Assembly (NCBI GenBank): GCA_963664405.1
Contig: OY761158.1
Span: 6,624,001-6,688,000, forward strand
Reading direction: 5' to 3'
Source: Thermoanaerobaculia bacterium
GTDB lineage: Bacteria; Acidobacteriota; Thermoanaerobaculia; Multivoradales; Multivoraceae
Length of the DNA stretch: 64,000 bases
Of the stretch, positions 40,701 to 49,794 are shown in pieces (positions within the stretch are counted from its first letter, which is position 1; every line of letters begins with the position of its first letter). The position numbers and the translations under genes were made by a program. The notes below the pieces were generated by a model. The model did not search any database and was not told the DNA's origin. It saw only the letters and a program-made list of their open reading frames with translations.

Positions 40701-42239
40701 ATGACGGAGGCACAGGGAATACCGCTGCTTGACCGGGCGAGAGACTTTGCCGAGCGAGCGGCGCTGGAGGACGGCGATCTCCATTTGGACTACGCCGGCC
40801 TTCTTCGTGAGTCGCAACGGATTGCTGCCGGCCTTCTCGATGGCCATTCCGATCTCGAGCAGGCGAGGGTCGCTTTCCTGGTACCTCCGGGCCTCGACTA
40901 CGTTCGTGTGCAGTGGGGTATTTGGCAGGCCGGCGGAATCGCTGTGCCCCTTTGCACTTCTCACCCCGCTCCCGAGCTCGACTATGTGCTTGCCGATGCC
41001 CAAGCGAAGATCGTGATCGCAGATCCCCTGTACATGGAGACTCTCTCTCCACTAGCTGTGGCGCGAGGTGTGCGTTTGTTCTCGACCGCTACGATCGCAC
41101 AGGAGCCCACTCCGCTGCCACGTTTGGGTCCAGAGCGACTGGCAATGATCGTATATACGAGCGGCACCACCGGTGGCCCCAAAGGCGCCGCAACCACTCA
41201 CGGGAATATTCAAGCCCAGGTGGAGGCGCTGGTGTCGGCGTGGGGCTGGAGTCGGGACGATCGCATCCTCCTCACACTCCCTCTTCATCACGTACACGGC
41301 ATCGTCAACGTACTGTGCTGTAGCCTGTGGTCGGGCGCCACCTGTCGTATTCACGCTTCATTCGATGCCGGCCGGGTTTGGCGGGCTTTCAGTCGAGCGG
41401 GGCTGACCTTGTTCATGGGCGTGCCGACGATGTACTTTCGGCTCATCAAGGCGTGGCAGGAGGCATCGAAAGCCGAGCAGCAGGAGTGGTCTCGAGCCTG
41501 TCGCGGCTTCAGGCTCATGGTGTCGGGCTCCGCGGCGTTGCCGGAGAGCGTCCTGGAGCAATGGCTCGAGATTAGCGGCCATACTCTGCTCGAGCGCTAT
41601 GGCATGACTGAGACCGGAATGATCTTGTCGAACCCGCTCGACGGAGATCGAGTCCCCGGTGCTGTCGGAGCTCCTTTACCGGGTGTCGAAGTACGCCTCG
41701 TCGGCGATAACGGCGAAGAAGTGTCGGGGAGCGGCGAGGGCGAGGTGCAGGTGCGCGGCCCAGCCGTATTCCGTGAGTACTGGAACCGCCCAGACGCAAC
41801 CACCAGCGCTTTCACCGGCTCTTGGTTCCGGACGGGTGACATTAGCCGCTTCGATGGCAAGACCTACAAATTGCTGGGGCGGGCGAGCGTGGATATCGTC
41901 AAGACCGGGGGGTACAAGGTTTCGGCGCTGGAGATAGAGGAAGTGCTTCGCCGCCACCCTCGAGTGGAGGATTGCGCGGTGGTAGGTGTTGCCGACGAGG
42001 AGTGGGGAGAGAGGGTGGTTGCTGCCATCGTGCCGACAAACGCACAACGAGCTCCCAGCGCCGACGATCTACGTGCTTTCACTCGCGAGCGATTGGCGGC
42101 CTATAAGTCGCCCAGGGAGTTTCGCCAGGTGTCGTCGCTCCCTCGAAACACTCTCGGCAAGGTCACCAAGAACGAGGTCAAGGCCTTGTTCAGCGACTCA
42201 AATTCCGCGGGCGACGACGGGCCTCGAGGCGAAGCTTGA
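40701..42239 (+). CDS. Acyl-CoA synthetase (MatB/ACSF3-like)
   Basis: YTSGTTGGPKG, LPLHHVHG, LERYGMTE, WFRTGD, DIVKTGGYKVSALEIE. Confidence 0.9.
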   Translation: MTEAQGIPLLDRARDFAERAALEDGDLHLDYAGLLRESQRIAAGLLDGHSDLEQARVAFLVPPGLDYVRVQWGIWQAGGIAVPLCTSHPAPELDYVLADAQAKIVIADPLYMETLSPLAVARGVRLFSTATIAQEPTPLPRLGPERLAMIVYTSGTTGGPKGAATTHGNIQAQVEALVSAWGWSRDDRILLTLPLHHVHGIVNVLCCSLWSGATCRIHASFDAGRVWRAFSRAGLTLFMGVPTMYFRLIKAWQEASKAEQQEWSRACRGFRLMVSGSAALPESVLEQWLEISGHTLLERYGMTETGMILSNPLDGDRVPGAVGAPLPGVEVRLVGDNGEEVSGSGEGEVQVRGPAVFREYWNRPDATTSAFTGSWFRTGDISRFDGKTYKLLGRASVDIVKTGGYKVSALEIEEVLRRHPRVEDCAVVGVADEEWGERVVAAIVPTNAQRAPSADDLRAFTRERLAAYKSPREFRQVSSLPRNTLGKVTKNEVKALFSDSNSAGDDGPRGEA

Positions 42240-43765
42240 CCGGAAATGGGGGAGCCGGCTCTGACGGTCTCAAGAGCGTCGCCCTGGCCGCGGGCCCAAT
42301 CGCTGCAGGCACTCTCTATCTGATCCTCGGCAGATCCGAAGGGCTTTCCGATGCCGGACGCGGGGTGGCCGCGCTAGCGGTCTTGATGGCGGTTTGGTGG
42401 CTGACCGAGGCCATTCCGATTCCGGCGACAGGCCTTCTTCCGATCGCGGCCCTACCCCTGGTCACCCGTGGTGAGGTCTCAGTGGCGAACGCGGCGGCGC
42501 CTTATGCCCGCGATCTCATTTTCCTATTCATGGGCGGCTTCATGTTGGCCCTGGCCATGGAGAGATGGAACCTCCATCGTCGGGTCGCGATCCGTACCGT
42601 ACTGATTGCGGGTACTCGACCTACCCGAATGATCTTCGGCTTCATGGTCGCTACCGCCTTTCTCAGCATGTGGATCTCCAACACGGCGACGACGGTGATG
42701 ATGCTGCCGATCGGGCTGAGCGTCATCGACCTGGTGCGGCGCGAGCTGGCGAAGAACAAGGACCCGTCGCTTCCGGCAGCGGGAGAGCCGTTCCCGTTTG
42801 CTATCGCCCTGCTCCTCGGTATCGCCTATGCAGCTTCGATTGGTGGCGTCTCTACGATCATCGGGACGCCGCCCAACGGCCTCCTCGCCGCGTTTGTGCG
42901 GGACACTTACGGACTCGAGATCTCGATGCAGAGCTGGCTGCCGATCGGGCTCAGCTTCACTGTCGTGTTCTTGCCGGTTGCTTGGTGGGTACTGACTCGC
43001 TGGAGTTTCCCGGTGACGATCGGAGATATCCCCGGAGGCCGGGCTCTCATCCGTGGAGAGCTGGCCCGGCTTGGTCCGATGTCAGCGGCCGAGAGAAGAG
43101 TGCTTATCGTCTTTGTGTGCACCGCGACGGCGTGGGTCGGTCGCAGCTGGCTCACCGGACTCACCTTTGCCGGTGGTGTCAGGCCTTTTATGGGGTTGTC
43201 CGATGCCGGTATCGCGATTGGGGCAGCCTTGTGCCTGTTCATCCTGAGAGCTCCGGGCGAGGGGGAGAATCTACTGGACTGGAACCAGGCAGTGAAACTT
43301 CCCTGGGGCATCCTCATTCTCATCGGCGGAGGTTTGAGTCTGGCCGCGGCGGTCAGCCAGACAGGCGTGGACCGCTTCATCGGTGAGTCGGTGGCAGGGC
43401 TCCAAGGGATCCCAAGCCCGGTCGTGGTCGTCGTAGTCGGGGGAATGGTCATCCTACTCACCGAATTGACGAGTAATGCGGCGACCACCGCAACCTTTCT
43501 GCCAATCATGGGCGCGGTTGCCGAGGGCCTGGGCATCGACCCACTATTGTTGGTGATTCCTCTGACCATGGGGGCAAGCTGCGCATTCATGATGCCGGTC
43601 GCGACGCCGCCGAATGCCATTGTGTTCGGGTCGGGCGAGATCACCATCGCCCAGATGTGCCGTGCCGGCCTCTGGCTCAATGTCATCGGCCTGGTGCTAC
43701 TGGTAGCGGTGGTCTATCTGGTTGCCGTGCCGGTCCTGGGAATCGACCTGGTGGCGAGTCCCTGA
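42236..43765 (+). CDS. DASS/SLC13 sodium:dicarboxylate symporter
   Basis: WWLTEAIP, SMWISNTAT, GTPPN, TELTSN, FMMPVATPPNAIV. Confidence 0.92.
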   Translation: MTGNGGAGSDGLKSVALAAGPIAAGTLYLILGRSEGLSDAGRGVAALAVLMAVWWLTEAIPIPATGLLPIAALPLVTRGEVSVANAAAPYARDLIFLFMGGFMLALAMERWNLHRRVAIRTVLIAGTRPTRMIFGFMVATAFLSMWISNTATTVMMLPIGLSVIDLVRRELAKNKDPSLPAAGEPFPFAIALLLGIAYAASIGGVSTIIGTPPNGLLAAFVRDTYGLEISMQSWLPIGLSFTVVFLPVAWWVLTRWSFPVTIGDIPGGRALIRGELARLGPMSAAERRVLIVFVCTATAWVGRSWLTGLTFAGGVRPFMGLSDAGIAIGAALCLFILRAPGEGENLLDWNQAVKLPWGILILIGGGLSLAAAVSQTGVDRFIGESVAGLQGIPSPVVVVVVGGMVILLTELTSNAATTATFLPIMGAVAEGLGIDPLLLVIPLTMGASCAFMMPVATPPNAIVFGSGEITIAQMCRAGLWLNVIGLVLLVAVVYLVAVPVLGIDLVASP

Positions 43766-43860
43766 GCGAGCCGAGATCGGTTGGCGAGCCCACGGGCCCG
43801 TGGGTCTTCGGTTCCTTTGGGCTTGCCAGCGGTTTCGGGCGACCTGCGTCTCTTATAGGC

Positions 43861-44541
43861 ATGAAGGGCACTGTGCGGGATCTTCCCCTCGAAGACAGAC
43901 CGAGGGAGCGCCTCCTTCTTCGAGGAGCCAAGAGTCTCTCGGACTCCGAGCTTGTCGCGATACTCCTTCGCACGGGCTGCCGGGGCAGCTCAGCGTTGGA
44001 GGTAGGGAGAGATCTCCTTCTCTCCTGTGGCGGCCTACCCGGCCTTGCTTCGCGGGATCTCAGGGCGTTGGATCAACGCGGTCTCGGTGCGGCGAAGATG
44101 GCGACTCTTCTCGCCGCAGTCGAGATCGGTCGTAGGGTGGCTAGAGCAGAGCTACCGTCACGAGTGCCCCTGAGCGAGCCGGATGCTGTCGCCCGTTACT
44201 TGAGCATGCGCTACGGTTGCCCAGACCAAGAGGTGATGGGGGCACTGTTTCTCGATGCTCGTCAGCGACTGCTTGGCGAGTCGGAGCACTTTCGCGGCAC
44301 GCTGAGTCGAGCCGCCGTCGAGCCGCGCCCGATCTTGAAAGAAGGGCTCCTGCAGGGAGCCGCAGCGCTACTGCTCTTCCATACCCATCCAAGCGGCGAC
44401 CCGAGTCCCAGTGCCGAAGACCTGGCCTTTACCCGTCGAATGTCGAAGGCCGGCGAGGTGGTTGGTATTCGGCTGCTGGATCACCTCATTCTAGGGTCCG
44501 GCAGCCGCTGGCTCTCTCTACGGCAGAGAGGGGCGCTGTGA
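43861..44541 (+). CDS. radC: RadC (JAB/MPN domain) protein
   Basis: RPRERL, LSDSEL.AILL.TG, HTHPSGDPSPS..D, LLDHLI. Confidence 0.93.
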   Translation: MKGTVRDLPLEDRPRERLLLRGAKSLSDSELVAILLRTGCRGSSALEVGRDLLLSCGGLPGLASRDLRALDQRGLGAAKMATLLAAVEIGRRVARAELPSRVPLSEPDAVARYLSMRYGCPDQEVMGALFLDARQRLLGESEHFRGTLSRAAVEPRPILKEGLLQGAAALLLFHTHPSGDPSPSAEDLAFTRRMSKAGEVVGIRLLDHLILGSGSRWLSLRQRGAL

Positions 44542-44562
44542 GGGGGGGGCGCGGCCCCCCTT
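44541..44562. terminator. Hairpin between convergent radC and pnp
   Basis: AGGGGGGGG-CGCGG-CCCCCCTT. Confidence 0.5.
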
Positions 44563-44575
44563 CTCGCGGTGTGTG

Positions 44576-46807
44576 CTAGCGGCCTCGACCGCCTCTGCCG
44601 CCGCGCCCGCCGGAACGACCTCGGTCGCGATCGCCTCCGCGGCCGCGATCGCGACCCCGGTCGCCACCGCCGCCCCTACCCGGATCCTCGACTCCCATGC
44701 CCTCGTATTTTGCGGGATCATAATCCGGGGCTTCCATGATCACGGCCTTCCGCGACAGGCGCACTTTGTTGGGGGGCTCGATGTCGATGACTTTCACACT
44801 CACCTCGTCCCCTTCGCTGAGGATGTCGCGCACGTCGCCGACGCGGTAAGGAGCGAGCTCGCTGACGTGGCACAGTCCGTCGGTTCCCGGCAGGATCTCG
44901 ACGAAGGCTCCGTACGCCTCGATGCGCTGTACGGTGCCGGTGTAGACCCGGCCCACTTCGGGCACCTCGGTGAGCTCTTCGATCATCTCGATCGCACGCT
45001 TCGCGGCGAGGCCATCTGGCGAGGCGACGATGACTTTGCCGTCGTTCTCGATCTCGATCTCGCAGCCGGTCTCCTCTTGGATCGCCCGGATGGTCTTGCC
45101 TCCCGGGCCGATGATGTCGCGAATCTTGTCGGGCGGCACCTGCAGGGTGTGCAGTCTCGGTGCCCAGTTCGAGAGGTCCTCTCGAGGCTGGCGGATCTGC
45201 TCTTTCATCGCGGCCAGGATGTGGAGGCGGCCCGCTTTGGCCTGCGTCAGCGCTGTCGCCATGATCTCCTTGGAGACGCCCGCGACTTTGATGTCCATTT
45301 GCAGAGCCGTAATTCCTTCTTCGGTTCCTGCGACTTTGAAGTCCATGTCGCCGTAGTGGTCTTCTTGTCCCGCAATGTCACTGAGGACCGCGAAATCGCC
45401 GTCCTGCATGACCAGGCCCATCGCCACGCCCGCGACCGGAGCCAGTACTGGAACGCCGGCGTCAAAGAGGGCCAGCGAGCTTGCGCAGACGGTAGCCATC
45501 GAGGAAGAGCCGTTGGACTCCAGAATGTCGGAGACCACGCGGATGGTGTAAGGAAAGTCGTCTTCCTGAGGTAGCAGGGGGGTCAGGGCCCGTCGGGCGA
45601 GGACTCCGTGCCCTATTTCCCGACGGCCGGGGCCCCGTAGGAAGCGAACCTCGCCGACAGAGAAGGGGGGGAAATTGTAGTGGAGAAGGAATTTCTCAAA
45701 TGTGTCACCTTGGTATCCCTCTACCAGCTGAGCGTCGCGCCGTGTACCGAGGGTCACGGTGGCGAGAGCTTGAGTCTCGCCACGGGTGAACAGTCCGGAG
45801 CCGTGGGTTCTGGGTAGTAATCCCACTTCGATATCGAGATTGCGGATCTCGTCCGAGGCTCGGCCGTCGAATCGTTTCCCTACCTTGAGGACCGCGTCGC
45901 GGAGGGCTTCTTCTTCGAGTACCTTGAAGATCTTCTTGGCGTTGTCTCGCGCCTCCTCGTCGTTTTCGGGGAGGCTCTCGAGGTTCGCCTTGACCACCTT
46001 GTCGACGGCGTCCTTGCGGGCGAACTTGGCGGGTGTGTTCAGGGCGGCCAAGAAGTCGTCCCAGGCGGAAGCACGAAGGGTGTCGTAGAGCTCCTGAGGG
46101 TAGGGCTCGGGGGATTTCCAGTCGGGCTTTTCGAGCCGCATCTCACGGAACATCTCGTGCTGCGCCAGAATGATCTTCTGTGTCTCTTGCTGGGCCGCGA
46201 AGATGCAATCGAGGATGACCTGCTCGGAGAGCTGGTTCGCCGCGGCTTCGACCATGACGATTGCCTGCTCTGTCGAGACCACGACGAGGTCGAGGTCAGC
46301 CACGTCGCGCAGGCTGTTGGTTGGGTTGAAGACCATCTCACCCTCGATGAGCGCGACTCGAACGGCTCCCAAGGGGTTGTAGTAGGGGATGTCCGAGAGC
46401 ACGAGGGCGGTGGATGCGCCGTTGATACCGAGGATGTCCGAGTCGTTCTCCCCGTCGGCCGAGATTACGAGCGAGATGATCTGCGTTTCATGGGTGTAGC
46501 CTTCGGGGAAGAGCGGTCGAAGGGGACGGTCGATCAGGCGGCAGGTAATGATCTCTTTCTCGCTGGGGCGTCCTTCTCGCTTAAAGAAGCCACCCGGGAT
46601 GCGCCCGCCTGCCGCGGCATTCTCGCGATAATCAACGGTCAAGGGCAGAAAGTCACGGGGCCGTCCGCTCTTTTCCGCACACGCCGTGGTGAGGACTATG
46701 GTGTCGCCGAGGCGGATCTCGCACGATCCGTCGGCTTGCTTGGCGAGTCGGCCCGACTGGATGAGGAGCGGGTTTTCTCCGATGGAGATTTCTTTTCTGT
46801 GGGTCAT
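44576..46807 (-). CDS. pnp: Polyribonucleotide nucleotidyltransferase
   Basis: FLPLTVDYRE, RLIDRPLRP, FTRGETQA, ESNGSSSMA, GDMDFKVAG, KH and S1 domains. Confidence 0.98.
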   Translation of the reverse strand: MTHRKEISIGENPLLIQSGRLAKQADGSCEIRLGDTIVLTTACAEKSGRPRDFLPLTVDYRENAAAGGRIPGGFFKREGRPSEKEIITCRLIDRPLRPLFPEGYTHETQIISLVISADGENDSDILGINGASTALVLSDIPYYNPLGAVRVALIEGEMVFNPTNSLRDVADLDLVVVSTEQAIVMVEAAANQLSEQVILDCIFAAQQETQKIILAQHEMFREMRLEKPDWKSPEPYPQELYDTLRASAWDDFLAALNTPAKFARKDAVDKVVKANLESLPENDEEARDNAKKIFKVLEEEALRDAVLKVGKRFDGRASDEIRNLDIEVGLLPRTHGSGLFTRGETQALATVTLGTRRDAQLVEGYQGDTFEKFLLHYNFPPFSVGEVRFLRGPGRREIGHGVLARRALTPLLPQEDDFPYTIRVVSDILESNGSSSMATVCASSLALFDAGVPVLAPVAGVAMGLVMQDGDFAVLSDIAGQEDHYGDMDFKVAGTEEGITALQMDIKVAGVSKEIMATALTQAKAGRLHILAAMKEQIRQPREDLSNWAPRLHTLQVPPDKIRDIIGPGGKTIRAIQEETGCEIEIENDGKVIVASPDGLAAKRAIEMIEELTEVPEVGRVYTGTVQRIEAYGAFVEILPGTDGLCHVSELAPYRVGDVRDILSEGDEVSVKVIDIEPPNKVRLSRKAVIMEAPDYDPAKYEGMGVEDPGRGGGGDRGRDRGRGGDRDRGRSGGRGGRGGRGR

Positions 46808-46910
46808 TTTCTTCCTTACGCTGGGTACAGTACTCCGCATGTCCGGTGTGCAGGGGAGGGCGCTCGGGCTACGGAGGACACCCGAGGCAGGATCTTTGTG
46901 GATTTGATGT

Positions 46911-47180
46911 CTATTTACGCAGACCGAGGCGTCCGATTGTGGACTTGTAGCGCTCGCTGTTCTGCGATCTCAGATAGTTCAAGAGGCGGCGTCGCCGCCC
47001 GACCAGCTTGAGCAGGCCGCGGCGGCCATGGTGATCCTTCGCGTGGACCCGGAAGTGCTCCGTCAGGTGGTTGATGCGATCCGTGAGCAGCGCCACCTGA
47101 ACCTCCGGCGAACCGGTGTCGAAATCATGGAGTTTGAAATCTCCGATGATCGAGTTTTTCTGCTCTTTACTCTGCCCCAA
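46911..47180 (-). CDS. rpsO: 30S ribosomal protein S15
   Basis: [18 protein letters not shown]...KDHH.RRGLL; TTG start after AAGGAG. Confidence 0.97.
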   Translation of the reverse strand: MGQSKEQKNSIIGDFKLHDFDTGSPEVQVALLTDRINHLTEHFRVHAKDHHGRRGLLKLVGRRRRLLNYLRSQNSERYKSTIGRLGLRK

Positions 47181-47226
47181 AACACACTCCTTATTTCTTC
47201 TTTTCGCGCGCGATATTACCACAGCG

Positions 47227-48132
47227 CTACTTGAAAACGATTTTCGGTTGGACTACTCGCACGCCTTCGGGCCCAAGGCACTCGATGACGGCTCCGACAG
47301 CTACGAACTCGTTGTGGCCGTTGATCACCTTCACCCAGTCGCCTTCGCCGACGCGGGCGTCTTTCACCAGTACTGTCTGGCCGTGCGTGATGCGCTTCTC
47401 CTGCTGAGGATCTGTGCGGATGGACTCGAAGGGAAGGGGGATGTCATCAAAGGGTATGAAGGCGGGGGTGAGTCGATCTTCGGCGAGCGCCACAGCCAGT
47501 GCGGCGACGGTGAGAGCGTCCTCGACCTTGAAAGAGCCGATCTGGTGTCGACGCAACTCCACTAGATGGGCCGCAGTTCCGAGACGCTGACCCAGCTCGT
47601 GTGCCAGTGAGCGAGCGTAGGTTCCGGAGGCGCAGCGGAGTCGGAAGCGCAGCAGGTCGCCTTCGAGCTCCCCGGTGGCGGAGAAATCGTAGATGTGTAC
47701 GCGCTTGGTCTTGAGCGGAACTTCTTGACCGCGCCGAGCGAGCTCGTAGAAGCGCACGCCGCCGACCTTCTTGGCGCAGTAGGGTGGCGGTTGCTGGTCG
47801 ATCTCGCCTTCGAAGAGCTTCATCGCCGCGGAAATGGACTCTGTGCTCAGCCCGTCCGTTGTGGCCTCCACCGTAACGGTTCCGGACGCGTCGTAAGTGT
47901 CGGTCGCCTGGCCAAAGCGGATCGCTCCTTCGTACACCTTGGGCGCGCGGATGAGAAATCGGGTAAGACGAGTGCCGCGCCCTACGGTCAGGAGTAGCAG
48001 GCCCGTAGCGTCCGGGTCGAGGGTGCCGCAGTGTCCGACTTTCTTCTCGCCGATAACGCGCCGTACTTCTTGGACGACGTCGTGAGATGTGCATCCGGCG
48101 GGCTTATCGAGAAGGAGCAGGCCGTGTCTCAT
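47227..48132 (-). CDS. truB: tRNA pseudouridine(55) synthase
   Basis: [27 protein letters not shown]. Confidence 0.96.
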   Translation of the reverse strand: MRHGLLLLDKPAGCTSHDVVQEVRRVIGEKKVGHCGTLDPDATGLLLLTVGRGTRLTRFLIRAPKVYEGAIRFGQATDTYDASGTVTVEATTDGLSTESISAAMKLFEGEIDQQPPPYCAKKVGGVRFYELARRGQEVPLKTKRVHIYDFSATGELEGDLLRFRLRCASGTYARSLAHELGQRLGTAAHLVELRRHQIGSFKVEDALTVAALAVALAEDRLTPAFIPFDDIPLPFESIRTDPQQEKRITHGQTVLVKDARVGEGDWVKVINGHNEFVAVGAVIECLGPEGVRVVQPKIVFK

Positions 48133-49124
48133 GTCTCTTCTCGCATCTTCGCCGTGAGTAAGTCCACTACTTGTTGCCGTACCGAGTCGAGCTCACCCGC
48201 GAGGACGAAGCCGGCGGCGTTGCGGTGGCCACCACCCCCGTGCTCGCTGGCGATCTTCTCGACATCGATTCCGTCACTACGGCTACGGAGCGAGATTTTG
48301 ACTTCCCCGTTCTCGACGTCACGGAAGAGCGCGACGGCCTCGACGCCGCGAATGGTCCGCGGAAAGTCGACGAGACCCTCGGAGTCGCTTGGCGAAGCGA
48401 CCGCTTTTTCGTACATTTGTGGGGTCAACGCGACCGTGGCCAGCCGGCCCTCGACGTCGATCTCGAGGGTCGGAAGCATCTCGCCGAGAAGGCGCAGACT
48501 GCCGAGAGGCTTACTCTCGAACAGCCACTCTGAGACCCGCTCTGGGGAGGCCCCGGCTTCGACCATGCGCGCGGCGGCAGTGAAGGCTTGCGAGGTCGAG
48601 TTGGAGAAGCGAAAGCCGCCGGTGTCGGATACCAGAGCGAGGTAGAGCGCGGTTGCTGTGTCGCCGTCGATCTCGACGGCGAGAGCATGGGCCAGATCCA
48701 GAACCAGGACCCCCACGGCGGGGGCGGAAGGGTCGACCCAGTTGACTTGCCCGTAGTGCTGATTGCCCAGATGGTGGTCGATGTTGAGGATCGGCAACTG
48801 ATCGAGCGCGTCTGCCAGGCCGCTTCGGTCCAAGGTCGGGCACTCGAGCGCGATCGCGGTGTCGTAGATCTCGGGGAAGCCGCGTGGCGGCTCAGGGCCG
48901 ATGTGGAAGCGGTCAGTTCCCGGCATCGGCGAATAGAGAGCGGGTACAGGGTCGCGGTTCCACACCGTGACCGCCTTGCCCAGCTGTCGGAGCACGCGCG
49001 CCAAGCCGAGCTCGGAGCCCATCGCGTCCCCGTCGGGGTTAGCGTGGCTGGTGATGAGTATCCGTCCAGCCTCGCGCAGGCGAGAGACCAGCTCCTCAGG
49101 TGCTGGGGTCGTTGTCGAATTCAT
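48129..49124 (-). CDS. nrnA: DHH/DHHA1 phosphoesterase (NrnA-like)
   Basis: HANPDGDA, NIDHH, DTGGF, SLRS, GGGGH..AAG. Confidence 0.9.
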   Translation of the reverse strand: MNSTTTPAPEELVSRLREAGRILITSHANPDGDAMGSELGLARVLRQLGKAVTVWNRDPVPALYSPMPGTDRFHIGPEPPRGFPEIYDTAIALECPTLDRSGLADALDQLPILNIDHHLGNQHYGQVNWVDPSAPAVGVLVLDLAHALAVEIDGDTATALYLALVSDTGGFRFSNSTSQAFTAAARMVEAGASPERVSEWLFESKPLGSLRLLGEMLPTLEIDVEGRLATVALTPQMYEKAVASPSDSEGLVDFPRTIRGVEAVALFRDVENGEVKISLRSRSDGIDVEKIASEHGGGGHRNAAGFVLAGELDSVRQQVVDLLTAKMREET

Positions 49125-49449
49125 CGAGGATCTCCGAGATTCGAAGGTTGTGATCGGCCGCTCGATCGAGCTCGAACGAGAGCTCGGGCGTGGAACGCAA
49201 TCTCTTTAGTCTGGAAGCGAGCTTGGAACGTAGAAAGCCGCGCGCCTTCACCAGCGCGGCGACGCAAGCTTCTCGCTCCTCTTCGGTGCCGAGAGCCGAG
49301 ACCGCGACTCGTGCGTGCCTAAGATCTCCAGAGACCTCGACGCGAGCGACGGTCGCGAGCTTGACTCGGGGGTCACGAACTTCTCGCAGCAGTAGGGTGT
49401 TGATCTCCGCTCGCAACATGTCGCCGACTCTTTCGGTGCGAAGGGTCAA
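49096..49449 (-). CDS. rbfA: Ribosome-binding factor A
   Basis: R.ERV, DPR, DLRHARV, TPEL.F..D; GGAGG RBS before TTG. Confidence 0.93.
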   Translation of the reverse strand: MTLRTERVGDMLRAEINTLLLREVRDPRVKLATVARVEVSGDLRHARVAVSALGTEEEREACVAALVKARGFLRSKLASRLKRLRSTPELSFELDRAADHNLRISEILDEFDNDPST

Positions 49450-49739
49450 GATATGCCCTCCAGATACTGAGGCTGCCAATGGGTGATGTAACAGCCGCCG
49501 TGATCGTCGACAAGGCTCCGGATCCGCTCGAGTACGCGGTCCACGTCGCCTTGGCGGTGGCCGAGGAGAGCCACCGCGATCTCGCTGCGCTGATGCAGCT
49601 CTTGCAGGTCGCTCTCGAGAATCGACACGCGGAAGCGGACGGCGATCCTCTCGACCAGGCTCTTGATCACCTTTCGCTTCTCCTTGAGACTCGTCGCCTC
49701 AGGGACGTGCAGCTCAAAGACGGAAATACCCACGACCAT
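49446..49739 (-). CDS. DUF503 (YlxP) protein
   Basis: SLKEKR.V.KSL, RF.VS..E; typical position between infB and rbfA. Confidence 0.9.
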   Translation of the reverse strand: MVVGISVFELHVPEATSLKEKRKVIKSLVERIAVRFRVSILESDLQELHQRSEIAVALLGHRQGDVDRVLERIRSLVDDHGGCYITHWQPQYLEGIS

Positions 49740-49794
49740 AGACAGTACCTAACGGGGAGAGTGGTAGCAGGCTTGCGGCGCTACCGACAAGGAA

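Noticed and set aside
43861-44541. radC as a marker of a mobile element or anti-defence island
   Set aside because: Full-length chromosomal type with N-terminal region; no integrase, att site or compositional shift nearby.
44576-44690. Repetitive GGRGGDRDRG-coding stretch
   Set aside because: Ordinary low-complexity RGG tail of PNPase.
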